64,000 nt of DNA from Monocercomonoides exilis PA203 (GCA_001643675.2 LSRY02000047.1:620001-684000), one strand, 5' to 3'; positions 40,729 to 54,529 are shown, numbered from the stretch's first letter. A program made the numbers and translations. Notes: a model not told the origin generated them from the sequence alone.

Positions 40729-41899
40729 ATTGTTTGAATAGGTTGTTTTTTTCTTTTTCTCCTCTTCGTTATATATTTATTCAAGCCTAAAAAGTTGTTT
40801 TAGAATTGACTGTTCATCTTCAGCAATCAACTCTTATTTTGTTTTACTTTTACAATTGTATCTTTTCCGCTTTCAGGATTTTATGTGTCAAAAAAAATGA
40901 AAAAATTCAAAAACAAAAACCTGTTAACCTCCTTTGTAAAATTTGAATTGTTAAGTAAATAGTGAACATCTACAATTTAAGTTAACGTTTACGAGAAAAT
41001 TTCAGAGATAGTCCGAATAATACTCAGAGAAAATGAAATGAGAGTTACTGAGATGACGAGGATGAAGAAGCCGCTGTAGATCCACGCAAAAACAACGTGG
41101 TAAGTCTGTCTATTTTTTTGATGTCCTGTTGCTGCTTTGTAATAAATTTGTAACACTGCCAAAATCAAAAATATATTTTTGCAAAAAATAAAAACATCCA
41201 TTCAGATCCACACCGTCCTGTCATCTGTCACTTTTATAACAAACTTTTTTTCTCTGTTTCTATATTTCATTGTAAGACGTGTCTGCAAAAAAGTACATAA
41301 ATAAAACTGTGAAAGAAAACGCGAATATAATTCAAGAATAAACTTTTAACGGATTTGCAAGAAATAACTTTTATTTAAAAATTAATATGTTTCATAATAA
41401 AGATGGTTAAAAACACACATTCTCGCTTCTGTTTGCAAAATCATCAAACGACGTGATGTACATTATTTAATGATGGTTTGAAAAAATCAAAGAATAATTA
41501 CCTCTTTTGAAAAGTCTATTTTTTTCGTAAAATTATGTTCTTTCAAAAAATAGATAAAAATTAATGGCTGATGATATGAATTGTTCAAAATAATATTTAT
41601 TCAATTTCTATGAATAAACTCGTCATGATCTGATCGGTAAAGAAGGAAGAAACAAAAGTTACATTCCAATAACACCACCTTTCATCGTTCCTAAAACATT
41701 TCTCAGTTTGCTTCACATTTTCCAATTCCATAATACTCCTGTTTTATAGTTTGTACACACATTTCATTTTGTAATCAGTCACCGTTGATAAACATTTTCT
41801 TCCTCGTTCCTTGTCATCGTTAACAGTAGTCTACCAGTAATTAGTAGTCCTAATCTCTTTTTTCAGTGATAAAGGCAAATAGCACTTACCAAAAGAGCT

Positions 41900-44000
41900 T
41901 TCTCCAAAATATTATTTCAGCTTCTTGTTCGATACAAATGTTAAATGCTTCACACAGACCTCGATATAATTCGCAACATCGTCTTTATGTTGTCACAACA
42001 TCCATTCAATAGAATGCATATGATAGCTGCTAGCCACCAAGCGTTCCAATTGAGTCAAATACTACCTCTTCTTTTTATCTCATCAGGTTTCCACGTCTTT
42101 CTTTCACAGAAGTTGGCTGTTCAATCTGCAGAGCATATTGAAGCACCTTTTCATCATGTCGCTTCCGCTTTACCTGCCACTCGAGCACATTCTTCTGCAG
42201 CTGCTTGCCAGCCTCTGTGTTCGGCAGAAGTGACAGCGTGCGCTCATTCCGCGGATCAGGCGCTGCTTCCTTCAGAGAAATCTGCTGCCCTCTCTCCAGC
42301 GTTGTGATCTCACCGTCGCATGGGTCTTAGCTGTTACCGGACACAGTGTACTTGCGCTGAACTGTGAAGAACAATCATACAATCATCTGGTTTGTGGTGA
42401 GTGTTCCTGTCTTGTCAGAGCAGATGACAGACACAGCGCAGAGTGTTAAGCGCCTCGACAACTGGCATTGTGCGAATGAACACATTTCCGAGACGCCATC
42501 TTCTGGATCCCAATAGCCAGCGTGAGTGAGATGATTGCTGTCAGCCCTTCCGGCACAAGCGCAATCCCGACGCAGCACGCAAAAATGATCGCTTCGTACC
42601 AAACCATCGACTGGTAGTTGATGAAGAACACCACCAAAAATGTAATGAGGATCAGATCCAAGGTTATGAAAACTATTTTTTTCCAAATTTGTCAAGTTCA
42701 ACTGTTAATGGTGATTCAATTCTTCTTTCACTCCAGCAATCATTGCAGAGATTTTTCCTATTTCTGTTCGAACTCTTGTTGCAACGACAATTCCTTGAGC
42801 TGTTCCTTTTGCTGCAAATGTGCCTGAATAGATCGTGTTCGCTCGTTCCGTGAGCATAGCATCATCTGAAAGTTAATTAAACTTTTACAACTAATTGAAA
42901 TACATTTACTGATTTCGAAATCAAAAAACTTGATAAATCTTACTAATTCCATTTTTCCACAAAAGACTTAGCTTTTGGCTTCATCATCGGAGCATATGTT
43001 AATATTTCGTTGCTAAAAGCAGAGAGTTCACAACAATGCAGCGAACAGAATGCTGGCGATTCCGGTGGCTTTGGCAAAAAAGGTGGTATACAAGCCGATT
43101 CGGCTTCTTCATGTTCAGTTTCAATATCATTACAAAAAGTTGTGTGTGACGGAAAGATAGTTAACGGTGCTTCAACACCGAATACTGCAGATTTTGGTTG
43201 CACATATAAAGATGGAGGTGCAACTGCAGAAGAAGAAGGGAAAAAAGAAGGCTGGGGCATTGGTAATGATACAGAACCATTTGTTTGTGAAGATGAAGGC
43301 AAAGGAATTCCGGAAGATGAAGGAAATTGTCCAATATCAAGTGATTCGCTCTCACTAACCGCAGAATCAGGCGGCTCCAAAATGCTTTCATGAGCAAGAG
43401 CAAACAGAGGATCATCGTCTGTTTCTGTTGTTTGAAGAAAGCGCCTCATTATTCTTCGGGAAAGTGGAACTCGGTTGCAGCTCGTAACGCAACAACCATT
43501 TGATTTTGAGCCTTCTATAATTCGAGGCTCATACAGCTTTTGCTTTTGGTCCAAAAGAATGTCTGAGTTTCATGCAATTTTGGATTGAAAAAAATCATTT
43601 TCTAAATATTTCAAAAAAGCAGGCTCAAACGTTGGAGGCAGTATCTGCTATATGGCAAGCACTTCTTTGTACAGTTTGCCGCGGAGCATGCTCGTCTATG
43701 CACCCATCCAAATGGATCAAACACAAATGGATCAAGTGATTGTTCTTTGTCGAATTGCTCCAATTCACGCTCCGCTAATTGCGTTGAAAATGCAGCAATT
43801 TGCTCTAATATTCAATTGATTACATTTATATTTTTGTGAATTTAATTTAACTTTTCAATACCACAGAAATAGCGCTTCAATACATCATCATATATCCGTG
43901 ACTCTTGTTCATAAATTCGTTTTAATCTTCGCTCTAGCTCTTCTTTAGAATTTTTTTGATCGTTCTTTATATGTTTTGCTTCGTCAGTTCCATCTGACAT
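41900..44000 (-). pseudogene. Type II P-type cation ATPase pseudogene
   Basis: YSGTFAAKGTAQGIVVAT..TEIGKI / frameshift / SPLTVELDKFGK ... IALVPEGLTAIISLTLAIG / frameshift / VICSDKTGTLTTNQMIV* with further stops. Boundaries approximate. Confidence 0.8.
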
Positions 44001-44172
44001 TCAGTAATTTTGCTATGAATTCTTTCAAACTTAAAAGATAAATTACAGGTGATTTGACGAGAGGAAATATTAGATCAACACTTGAGTGTGTAAATTGCTA
44101 TTATTTTGTTAAAATCCTAAAAAACGATTATCAAATTTTTAATCTTGATAATGAAAATTATTTCTGTGTAGA

Positions 44173-44810
44173 ATGCCAGTTAAACGCAGAAACGGAGGTC
44201 GTTCCAAACATGGAAGAGGACACACACGCGCAATTCGCTGTGTGAATTGCGGAAGATGCTGCCCAAAGGTTTGAAAGTATTATTGCATTGCTTTCTTTTT
44301 TTTATCTTTTTTCATAAAATCAGGACAAAGCTATTAAAAGATTTGTCGTTAGAAATATGGTTTGCAACAATTTAGTTTTTTCACCAGCTTGTTTAAGATT
44401 GAATCAATTTCACTGAATGAAATAGGTTGAAGCTGCTGCATTGAATGATATCAAGGCTGCAACTGCTTATGATAGTTTGAACTTGATTTTTGATTTAAGA
44501 TGATATTTTAATAATTTTTCATTTTTCAGGCTACACCATCCCAAAGCTTTATATGAAAATGGAATACTGCGTCTCCTGCGCTGTCCATTCACATCAAGTG
44601 CGTGTCAGATCTGATGAAGCTCGTCGCAATCGTGATCCACCACAACGTCGCAGAGTATGAAATTTGCCTTTAAAAAGGAAGCTTTTAGACTATTTGTTGT
44701 TTTATTCTCATTGTTAATTTTTGCAATCATTTTAGCCCACTGACAAAAAAGACGAGCAAAGAAAACCAGGTGCGACTCCAGCTGGACAAGGAGCCGCAGT
44801 TAGGGCATAA
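44173..44810 (+). CDS. RPS26: 40S ribosomal protein S26 (eS26), 5 coding exons
   Basis: [32 protein letters not shown]|[12 protein letters not shown]|[16 protein letters not shown]|..[25 protein letters not shown]; four GT-AG introns; absent from the ORF track. Confidence 0.95.
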
Positions 44811-45553
44811 GCATCTCACCTCATAAGCTTGTCTTTTTAAATCACTGACACAATATAATATAACTCCTTTTCTGCAGAAATAACAAAAAGTATTTTTTGA
44901 AGATTAAGATAAGATTAGAGAAACTGATTCTGTTTCAACAAAAGAATACTAAATGAATATAATTACAGCATTTTAACCATTTTCGAATTGTTTTCAATCT
45001 TGTCAAAATCAATTTTTTAAATCGATATTTGCATTTTAGGATTCATATCCAACACAAACGTTAGGAAATTGAATAGAAAACAAAAAAAGAGAATGGCCAG
45101 AGCCAAAGATTCGATGTGGTTGCTTATTATTCATCAATTGGAAACATACATATTGGAGGGGATTAAAAAAATCAATTGCATATAAACTATATATTGTCAA
45201 AAGAGAGTGTTTCATCTGATTGAATATACAGTCACAATTTTCAACAAGCATTACACTGAAAGGAAATTCGGTTTTGTAATAAAAAAACAACTAAGAATCA
45301 TTTAAAAAGAAGAAGAAGAAATAAATTCTTGAAATAAAACTAAAGATATTTCAAAATTAAGAACACGGAAAACAAAGTTATAGACTTGAAAATAAGAGGA
45401 AAAAAAAAATGTGTTAAAAAAATGAAAGAAAAGGTTCATAAATATTTTTTTTCTTTCAAAAACAAAACTATTTTTATTTTCATTGCGATGTACGTTTAGT
45501 AAACACGAAACTAAGTAAAGTGAAATTAAGAATTAACTTTCAAATTAAAAAAA

Positions 45554-45589
<36 letters not shown>

Positions 45590-45686
45590 TTATTATTATT
45601 ATTATTTTCTATTAAAAAATTAAAAACCAAAAACGATTTTCAATAGAATTATTCCATATATATAAATATATTCCTTTATATATTAT

Positions 45687-48153
45687 TTATATGGGGGTGC
45701 TAGTAGTAGCAGCAGCAGCAGAAGAAGAAGGAGGAGGAGGAGGAAGAGAAGGCTGCTCAAAGTTTGTCGGGGCAGACTGAAGCGAACGGCGAGTTTTGAC
45801 AGCAATGTGAGATGAAAGAGGTGAAGAGGCATGTGATGATTGAGTTGAATTGGAAGAAGAAGAAGGAGAGGAAGAGGAAGAGGAAGAAGAAGAAGATGAT
45901 GATGATGAAGAGGAAGTTGGAGAAGAAGGAAGAGAAGTTCTATGTGAAGGAGTGTGAAGTGAGGAAGAAGAAGGGGATAAAGGAGAAGAAGAGGAAGAGG
46001 AAGGAGAAGAAGAAGAAGTTGTTGTTGTGACAGCCACATTACGAACAGTTGCTTTACGTGAATTGGATGACAAAAGATTGGCAGCAGTGGAAGAAGAAGA
46101 AGAAGAAGAAGAAGAAGAAGAAGAAGAAGAAGAAGAAGAAGAAGAAGAAGAAGAAGAAGAAGATGATGATGATGATGATGATGATGATGAAGTGACTTGT
46201 TGAGATTGTGGATTAATACGAGAAGAACTTATACGAGGAGAAGGAGAAGAAGGATTTGAAGAAGAAGAAGAAGAGGAGGAGGAGGAGGAAGAAGAAGAAG
46301 AAGAAGATGCTATTTCAGAAGAAGCAACTTGTTTACTTACTCTCTTTGACACAGAAGGTGATGATGTTGGGCTCATATTACTTGTGGATGATAATGAAGA
46401 GGAGGTTGCAGGAGAAGCAGAGGGAGAAGGAGAAGGAGAAGAAGAGGAAGAAGAGGAAGAATTTGAGGAGGAGGAGGAGGAAGAATTAGAAGAAGAAGAA
46501 GAGGAGGAGGAGGAGGAGGAGGAAGAGGAAGAAGAATTACTAGCAATATGAGGTGTCACATCTTGTTCCTGTGTGCTAAGAGGCACTTTTTGTGTGTTTT
46601 TTTGTGACTGTTTGAACTTTGGTATTCGAATAGGAGCAAAACGAGCAAGATCTGATTTGGCAACATGATGAGAAGAAGAAGAAGAGGAAGAAGAAGGTTG
46701 AAGAGAAAGACGATGACGAATAATGTTTTCTGGTTGATTTTGAGAAGAAGAAGAAGAAGAAGAATTAGAAGAAGAAGCAGTAGAAGAAGCACCTTCACTT
46801 TCTGCTTTGGATGAAGTGGCTGGACTTATGAATTTTTCACTTTCTTTCTCTTCTGATAGCTTTGATGGCGATAGAATAGAAGATATACCAGAAGAAGAAG
46901 GGAATAATGATTTGGAGTGTCTGGAAGAAGAGGAAGAGGAAGAGGAAGGAGAAAGAGGAGCAGCAGTGGTAGAAGAAGAAGAAGAAGAAGAAGATATATC
47001 TGTATTGTTATTAGCAGAAGTTCCATTACTTGTTCCTATTCTTCTTCGTCGTCCTTCTGAACCAGATGATGATGATGATGATGGGATGATATTTGAAGAT
47101 GTAGAAGAAGAAGCATTTGAAGAAGAAGGAGAAATCATTGGAGAAGAAGAGGAAGAAGAGGAAGAGGAAGAGGAAGAGGAAGAGGAAGAGGAAGAGGAAG
47201 AGGAAGAGGAAGAGGAAGAGGAAGAGGAAGAGGAAGAGGAAGAGGAAGAGGAAGAGGAAGAGGAAGAGGAAGAGGAAGAGGAAGAGGATGAAGAAGAAGA
47301 AGAAGAAGAAGAAGGATGAGCCGTATCCACCGAAGTTGTTGACTTTATTGGCGGAGCAATTTTCTGTTCGTTTTTGTTCATCATCATCATCATCAATGCA
47401 CGGCCATCAGAAAGTGAGTCTGTCACTGGACGCACTTTGCGAGCAAGAGAAGGACGACGAATTTGAGAGGACGAGGAAGGGGAGGAAGAAGAGGAAGATG
47501 CAGAAGAAGTTATTTTGTGAGGTGTAGAGGAGGAGGAGGAGGAGGAAGAAGAAGAAGAAGAAGAAACCCCAGCTGATGTGATAGCAGAAGGAGCAGTTGA
47601 ATTGAGAGCTTGATGAAAAGAAGGAGAAGTCGAAGGAAATGCCATGGGCTGTCTGTGATGGTGGAGATCAGCACTGCGAAGACTACGAGCAGCAGCTGAG
47701 GCTGTGGCTGAGGCAGAAGAAGAATGAGAAGAGGAAGAGGAAGAAGAGGAAGAAGAAGAAGAAGCAGGCACTATATTATTACTATAACCATTAGCACCAG
47801 ACAAAATTCGCATGTTTTCATCAACAGTAGAGCCACTGGAGTATGTTTCAGCAGAAGGGGTATCTTTTATTGAGTCTGGTGTATTGTGGTCACTGGGTGT
47901 GTCTTTGATCTTGCGAGAAGAAGAGGAAGAAGAAGAAGAAGAGGAGGAGGAGGAGGAGGAGGAGGAAGAGGAAGAGGAAGGAGGAGGAGGAGCTGTTGAA
48001 GAAAGAGGGAGTTGAACAGGGGTGCTTGGATGAGAATGAGGATGAGAATGGGAATGCGAATGAGAATGACTCTGAGACGAAGAAGGAGAAGGAGAAGGAG
48101 CAGCAGAGGAAGCAGAAGAAGATGATGATGAAGTGCGAGTCCCAGACACAGCC

Positions 48154-48188
<35 letters not shown>

Positions 48189-50972
48189 CCTTCCCTGTAT
48201 AGAATGATGTGTATGACTATTACTATTACTACCACCACCACTTGCTCCATTGCTATTTCTGTGATGTGTCCCAAAAGCAGAGAAGATGCCTGTGGGTGAC
48301 CCTGTCGGCGTCACAGGGCCAGGACTAAGATCAGCAGTGGTGGGTGTCATGGGCGGAGAAATCGGAGAAATCGGAGAAATAGGGGAGATCGGAGAAATAG
48401 GGGAAAACGGGGTGGAAGGATAAGGAGAAGAAGAAGGATGTGAAGTTGTATGAAGGTCTGTTGTTTGTGCAGAAGAACCGCTACTGCTGATGTTACTGTT
48501 GTTGTTGGTTGTGAAAGAAGGGGTAGGGATGTGAGGTGTGGGGTTCTTAGGCGACATCTGTAGCAGAGAACGAGAGGAGGAAGGGACATGGGAAGAAGAG
48601 TCAGAGGGTTGTTTGGGTGAATGTGAATAAGAAGAAGAAGAAGAAGATGTTGTTGTTGTTGTTGTTGTGCTAACAGACTGAGGAGAAGTAGCATGATGTC
48701 CCTGAAGAGAAGAAGGTGATTGTTGACTCATAGCTCCAGTAACAGCTCCAACACCAGAAGCAGAAGCAGAAGCAGAAGTCGAGTAAGACTGCTGCGATTC
48801 CTGTGACAGCTCATCCGGAATCGCCAGCGCCACGGGTTTTTGAGGCATTTTCAACCGACACCCATATTCTACTTCGAACACCCTCACTTTGTCTTTGAAC
48901 CCCTTTAGTGACTTTGGTGACACCTCAATCGTCAGCACATCCTTCAAGTTCGCCACAAGAGCAGCTGTCTCTTCAGAAATGAGGATTTGCGACGGCTCGG
49001 CAACAGAACACAGACGAGAGGCAAGATTCACTGCATCGCCAATCATTGTGTATTCTAACCGCTGTGTCGCGCCTAGAAAACCTGCAATGGCTTTTCCAGT
49101 GTTGATGCCGATGCCAATCTCGAAGGCGAAATAGGGAGAAGGCTGTTTGACGACTTCGTCTGTGGATTTCTTGGTTTGGGAGGAGGAAGAAGAAGATGAG
49201 GAGGAAGAAGAAGAAGAAGAGGAAGAAGACGAAGAGGAAGAAGAAGAACCTGAATTCGCCTTTCCCGCATTTTTACTCTTCTTGTATTTTGCCAGTGCCT
49301 GCTTATACTTCTCCTTCCTCTCTTTATTCCACTCCCAAATAGCTTGCCTGCACTCCAATGCAGCTATCACCGCCCTTGAGGCAATTTCCTGTGCAGAAAG
49401 TGTTCGATGCTCTTCCAACAGCGTCCCTCCCCACGTCACCATCATCATGTCGTCAATGTACTTGTCCAAAACGCCATCGTGTCGGAACACACAGGAAACC
49501 ATCTTGTCAAAATACTCATTCAGAAACGTGAACTGCTCAGATGGTGTTTGGTTGCGGTAGATTCGGCTGGCGCCCTTCGGCTCCGCAAAGAAGATCGTCC
49601 CGTGCTGCACTTCAACACAGTCTCGCTGCATAAACTGAGCACTTGACATTGTCCGGTGCAGTGTGGACAATGCAGATGATGGCTGAGAAGAAGAAGAAGA
49701 AGATGAAGAAGAAGGAAGTGAAGGTGAAGGTGATAGTTGATCGGTTGGTCGGAGGATGCGCTGCAGCAGTCTTTGCGGCAAAAAACGAGAAAGGGATTCC
49801 TGTTCTTTCTCTTCCTTCAGTACTCTATTCAGCAACCTCTGGTTAGACACCACTTTCCCAATAGGCGCAGCGACTGACGTGAGTAGAGACAAATCTTTCT
49901 TTGAGAAGGCATCCTGCTGTGAGGAATCAAGCACCAGCACCCCAACAACCTCGCCCCCTCCAATCAGCGGCACCGCCAGCGTCGACCGCGTGTCCATCTG
50001 CACAATCGAATGAGACAAAGTCCACCGATCGTCGGATTGGCAGTCCCGTGATAGGATTGCCTGCTTCTGCCTCCGCACATACTCTACAAGCTTCGACGAG
50101 AACACAAACTCTCCTTCTTTGTCTTCGCCGTCCCGCTCCCGCAGACGCGATGCAGCGAGCTTCATCTCTTTCTGCTTCTCCTCTGCCAGCAGCACAACTG
50201 CACTTTCAGCAGTGGGAAATAGTTGGAATAACACATCCTAAATGAAAAAAATTGAATATAAGAAATAAAACGAAGTAATAAACAGATGCGAATTAAATAA
50301 AAGTTGCTTGCTGCAAACCAAGCACCGAGAAATCATGTTATCAACATCCATATCGCTTCCAGTTCGATTGAAAAGATACGCAACTCTAAGCCGTTCATAA
50401 TCCTGCCGAAGCGTCTCTGCATCTGTAATTTGTTCACTGGGTGGAAAATCTATGTTTTCTGTGTTCAGCTGAACACCTTCTTCCATTTTGAAAATACGCT
50501 GCGCATGTGAAGACTGCCTGGTTCTTACGCTTTCAGTGGAAATTGTGAAATGAAGAAAACAGGTGCCCAATGCGATCATGTCCCCAGAGACTATTGGCTC
50601 TCCGAGTTTCTCGCGGTTTTCACCAAACTGAATTCCAGGATGTCGCAAGTCATCAGCGGGAACTGGCTCTCCTTCAGGCGTTAAATGTTCAATCGCTTCC
50701 ACTTTGTTTGAATTGATGTATGTTTCGTTTGTACTTCCACAATCCTTCAAATAATACCGCCTCTGCAACTTGTATATGACTGCATGAAATTTGGACACGG
50801 TTTGATCGGATATTCTTATATTGGCAGTTTTCGCTCTGCCAATCACAGTACGAAAGTTTTTAATTTTGAATTCTTGAGGCTTTTCATGAGTTGGATGATA
50901 AGTGAGGATTCCCACTGTGACAATCGTTTCACTCGCATCAAATGACTCTTTTCCAAATGATCTAAGTTGCAT
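45687..50972 (-). CDS. FHA-GAF-class III nucleotidyl cyclase with ~1000-aa Ser-rich tail (~1734 aa; intron 50318-50238)
   Basis: FHA (IGRAKTANIRISDQTVSKFHA...LKDCGSTNETYIN), GAF (TRSTLAVPLIGGGEVVGVLVLDS...AFSKKDLSLL), cyclase (GVLDKYIDD, IGIGINTG, RLEYTMIGDAVNLASRL). Confidence 0.85.
47146..47286. repeat. (GAAGAG)n hexamer repeat encoding poly-Ser
   Basis: Over 20 tandem units inside the cyclase tail. Confidence 0.85.
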
Positions 50973-53900
50973 GGATGATATTCTAATTATATCAAGCTGC
51001 TAACCGTATGCTTCAGGATTGAAACTTTTTAATCAAATAATGAATGAATCTTTATGCGTTTTCTTTTGATAAAACTTCCAAGAAACAGAAACGCAATCTG
51101 GAAACAAATCAGATCTGGCCCATAGTAGATATATGTTGTTTTCAATTTAATTCTTTGAAACGAATATTCTGATAGGCATTCAAATGTTCTTTCAAAAAAA
51201 TAAAACAAATATGTGTATGTGCAAATTTAGATTTTTCAATGAAGTCGTTTCAGACTAAGGAAATACAAAACGAAAAATAAAGAAATAACTAAAACATAAA
51301 TGAATTTAAAAAAAGAATCCACATTATCCACTTTTTGGAAAAGAAAGAAAAATATCAAATATTTTTTTTTATTTTCATTGATGAAAAAGTGATAATACTT
51401 GAACAATACAATTTACTGTTAAATTGCCTCTCTTGAATAAAATTTTCTGATAAAATTTTGCTCCATATAACAAGTTTTCTATTTTCATTTGAACTCAGCA
51501 AAGCATTTTTTCTGTGCATCAAAATAAGCATAGCTTATCTAATGCTTGTGCTCAACTTTCCTAAGCTTCACCGTTTCTGTTTTTTCAGAGATTTTTGAAA
51601 TATCACTATTTTCACAAATACAATTGGTGCTTAACCAGCACCCTGGTGCCAAACCCGCACCCTGCAAATTTCTTGAAAATAGAAAAATATATTTTTGCTT
51701 TTCAAAGAAGTTCATTGATGGTGAATTTTCTTAAAACTTGTTTTAAAAAAATATTATATTTTATTTTTTTTATAAAAAAACTTTCAAAAAGATGAATTTT
51801 AGAAATTTTTGTTTGAAAGAGAGCTTTTAAGCTATAAACTGAAAAAGCAAAAAGTTAAACTTTAGAAAAATCTTAAATGTTGTTCATTAATAGACTTTCA
51901 AAGATTTCGTCAGTTTTTGATGATTTGAAGCATTCCCTGATATTTTCCACCTTTTTATCATTTGATCGATCCCATTAAGATGAGAAAAATGAATCGAAAG
52001 TTCAGCAGTTACTTTGAAAGTAGTTTGTGAGAGTTGTTTCTTATGTTTTTCAATGAAAACTTCCTTTTATTATTATGGAGACTCGAAATTTCTTCGATTT
52101 ATTCGTTCGTTTAATTGTTTTTGTTTGATCACTCTTTATTGTTATATCCACTACAGTTGTTGAAAGAATTTTCATATATTTAGTTTATGTTAAAATCATA
52201 CCATTGCACATTAATTGTTGAAACTTTATAAGTATAGATATGTTTTATTTATATGTTTTGATGAAAATTATATTTTTGTCGTTTATGAATGAATAATCCA
52301 TCATATCCTAATCTTTAGTTTTATTTTGGATACGTGTCAAACTATAACTGTGCATGTTTTATTTACTGGTTACAAATATTTCATTTCAATAATTTTGAAG
52401 CTTTTTATTTATATTGAAATTTTTTGATTAGATTGTTATTTTTAGAGTAACAAATTTTTGAAAGCAGTTGTGCTGTTAGACATTTGATATTGTATTTGTA
52501 ATTTCTGTTTTTTTAAATGATATTTAAAATGTATTGTCTTATTCAAAGCAATTCCAACAATGCTGCAAATGTGTTTTCAATTTGGAAAAGTTACGAAAAG
52601 AACAAAAAACAAAACGGAATGTTTATTAAACGAAACGTTCATTAATATTATATTCAAATATTTCAAAATTGCCAAAATATTGCTTTCATTTTTTCGTTTA
52701 AAGAATCATCAATTAAACACTTTAATTACACCTCTGTGACCTGACAAATCACATGAATCCTCGTCTGTCACAAAAAAAAAAAAAAAAAAATAATAATAAT
52801 AATAATAATAATAATAATTTAAATAAAATAAACTATTGCTAAGACTACTAAAGACTTTTTGAAGCTCTTTGGAAAAGATTTGTTGATAGCAGCTGTAATA
52901 TCTGGTTGTTTTTTCTTTTTTGTCAGTGACGGTCAGTGACTGTCAATGACAAATTGTGACAAAAATATTCCTCAACTGACATTTAGTGTCAAATAAAATA
53001 CATGTTGGGAACTTGATCAAATTTATAAAATATTTGATTTTTTCAAAATAATGAGAATAGTTATATATCGATTTTCGAATTATTATTATAGTAATAAAGA
53101 ATTGTGAAATCGTTATAAATAACCCTTTTTGACAAATCATAAATATCTGGGTGATTATTTTTGAAATCATATTATTTTTCGGTCTCTTAAATGTCGCACT
53201 TAAAACCTTACAAAAAATAACTTTATGTGACAATAATTTATCAAAAAATTACTATTGTTTTGAAAAACTGTATTTTCATTAAAAAAGTTAAACAATAATC
53301 AACTTGATATTTTTTTGAAACCCATAAGTTTTGGAAACATTTGCGAAAACACTTTTTTATTTCAAACAAATTTACTATATCAGTTATAACATGTGACAAA
53401 TGTTGACTTGTGTGAACTTGTTTATTTATGATTATTTTAGATGTTATTTATTTTACAAATATCAAGCTTTGAGAATAATTCATTTATTTTATGTTAATAA
53501 TGATTCAGCACAATTTTTTCCAATTATTTCATCTTCTATCAGGAATTCAGGTGTTTGAATAATATTTTTTTCTGTATAATTTTTATAGGCAGTGTTCTGT
53601 CCTTGAATGTCGATTCAGGTCACTTTTTAATAATTCATTTATTATCAACTTACAGAAGATGAAATATTTCGAAAAGAATCTGTTAGGTGAACAGTTTCAG
53701 TTTGTTGAATTTCTCTGAAAAGTTTGAATTTCAGATAATGCACTTATCTATGCTTTCTTTTCATTTCTTCTTTTGAAAAATGTTCGATAATTTCAAACAA
53801 GATTTTCTTGACTTATAAAATATCTGTTGTCCTATTTCAATTATTTTGTATCAAATTCTGATTAACTCCGCAATTCAGTCAGTATCTTTGTATATCGTCT

Positions 53901-54529
53901 TGGAGCATCATCACTCTTGTACGTTTGTTTGAAACCAACAAAAGAAAAAACGGATTTTCAGTTATGTGGATTACTGACTTTAAACATGTGATAGCCATTT
54001 ATTATCTTTGCATTATTTTCGAGATTTTCTTCATTGAAGCTCTTCACATGTGATAAACAAATTTGGATCTCAGACTGATCATACATTTTTCAAGCCACTG
54101 CCTTCATTGAAACCTCTTTTAACTTTTTCTTTTTCTAAATATATTTTTGCATCCATTTGTTATCTCCAGATAATTTTTCTTTGAGTAACCTTTCGTTCAA
54201 AGCATTTTTTTTTCTTCAAAGATACTATCCTCTTTTTATGAATAATAATCTTCAGACTAAAAACAAAAAAACATACAAAAAAACGCACATTTATAAATTA
54301 AAAATATGTGGAAATAGGAATGGAAGAATATAAGAAATACATTGACAAATTGTTTGAATCCAAAAAAATTCCAATTAAAGATATAATAAACAAAATTTTG
54401 TTTTTCCAAATTTTCAAGATTTTTAAAATACAAAATTTTTCATGACTTTATATCATTAAAAAAACAATAATAAAACAAAAAGATGTGTCGACACAATTCA
54501 AAAAAAAAGACTTGAATAAAAAAGTGAGT

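Noticed and set aside
45683-48700. Many short poly-E, poly-K and poly-L ORFs in other frames (also 6300-9980 and 13000-15500)
   Set aside because: Frame and strand shadows of GAA/TCT microsatellite-like coding tracts.
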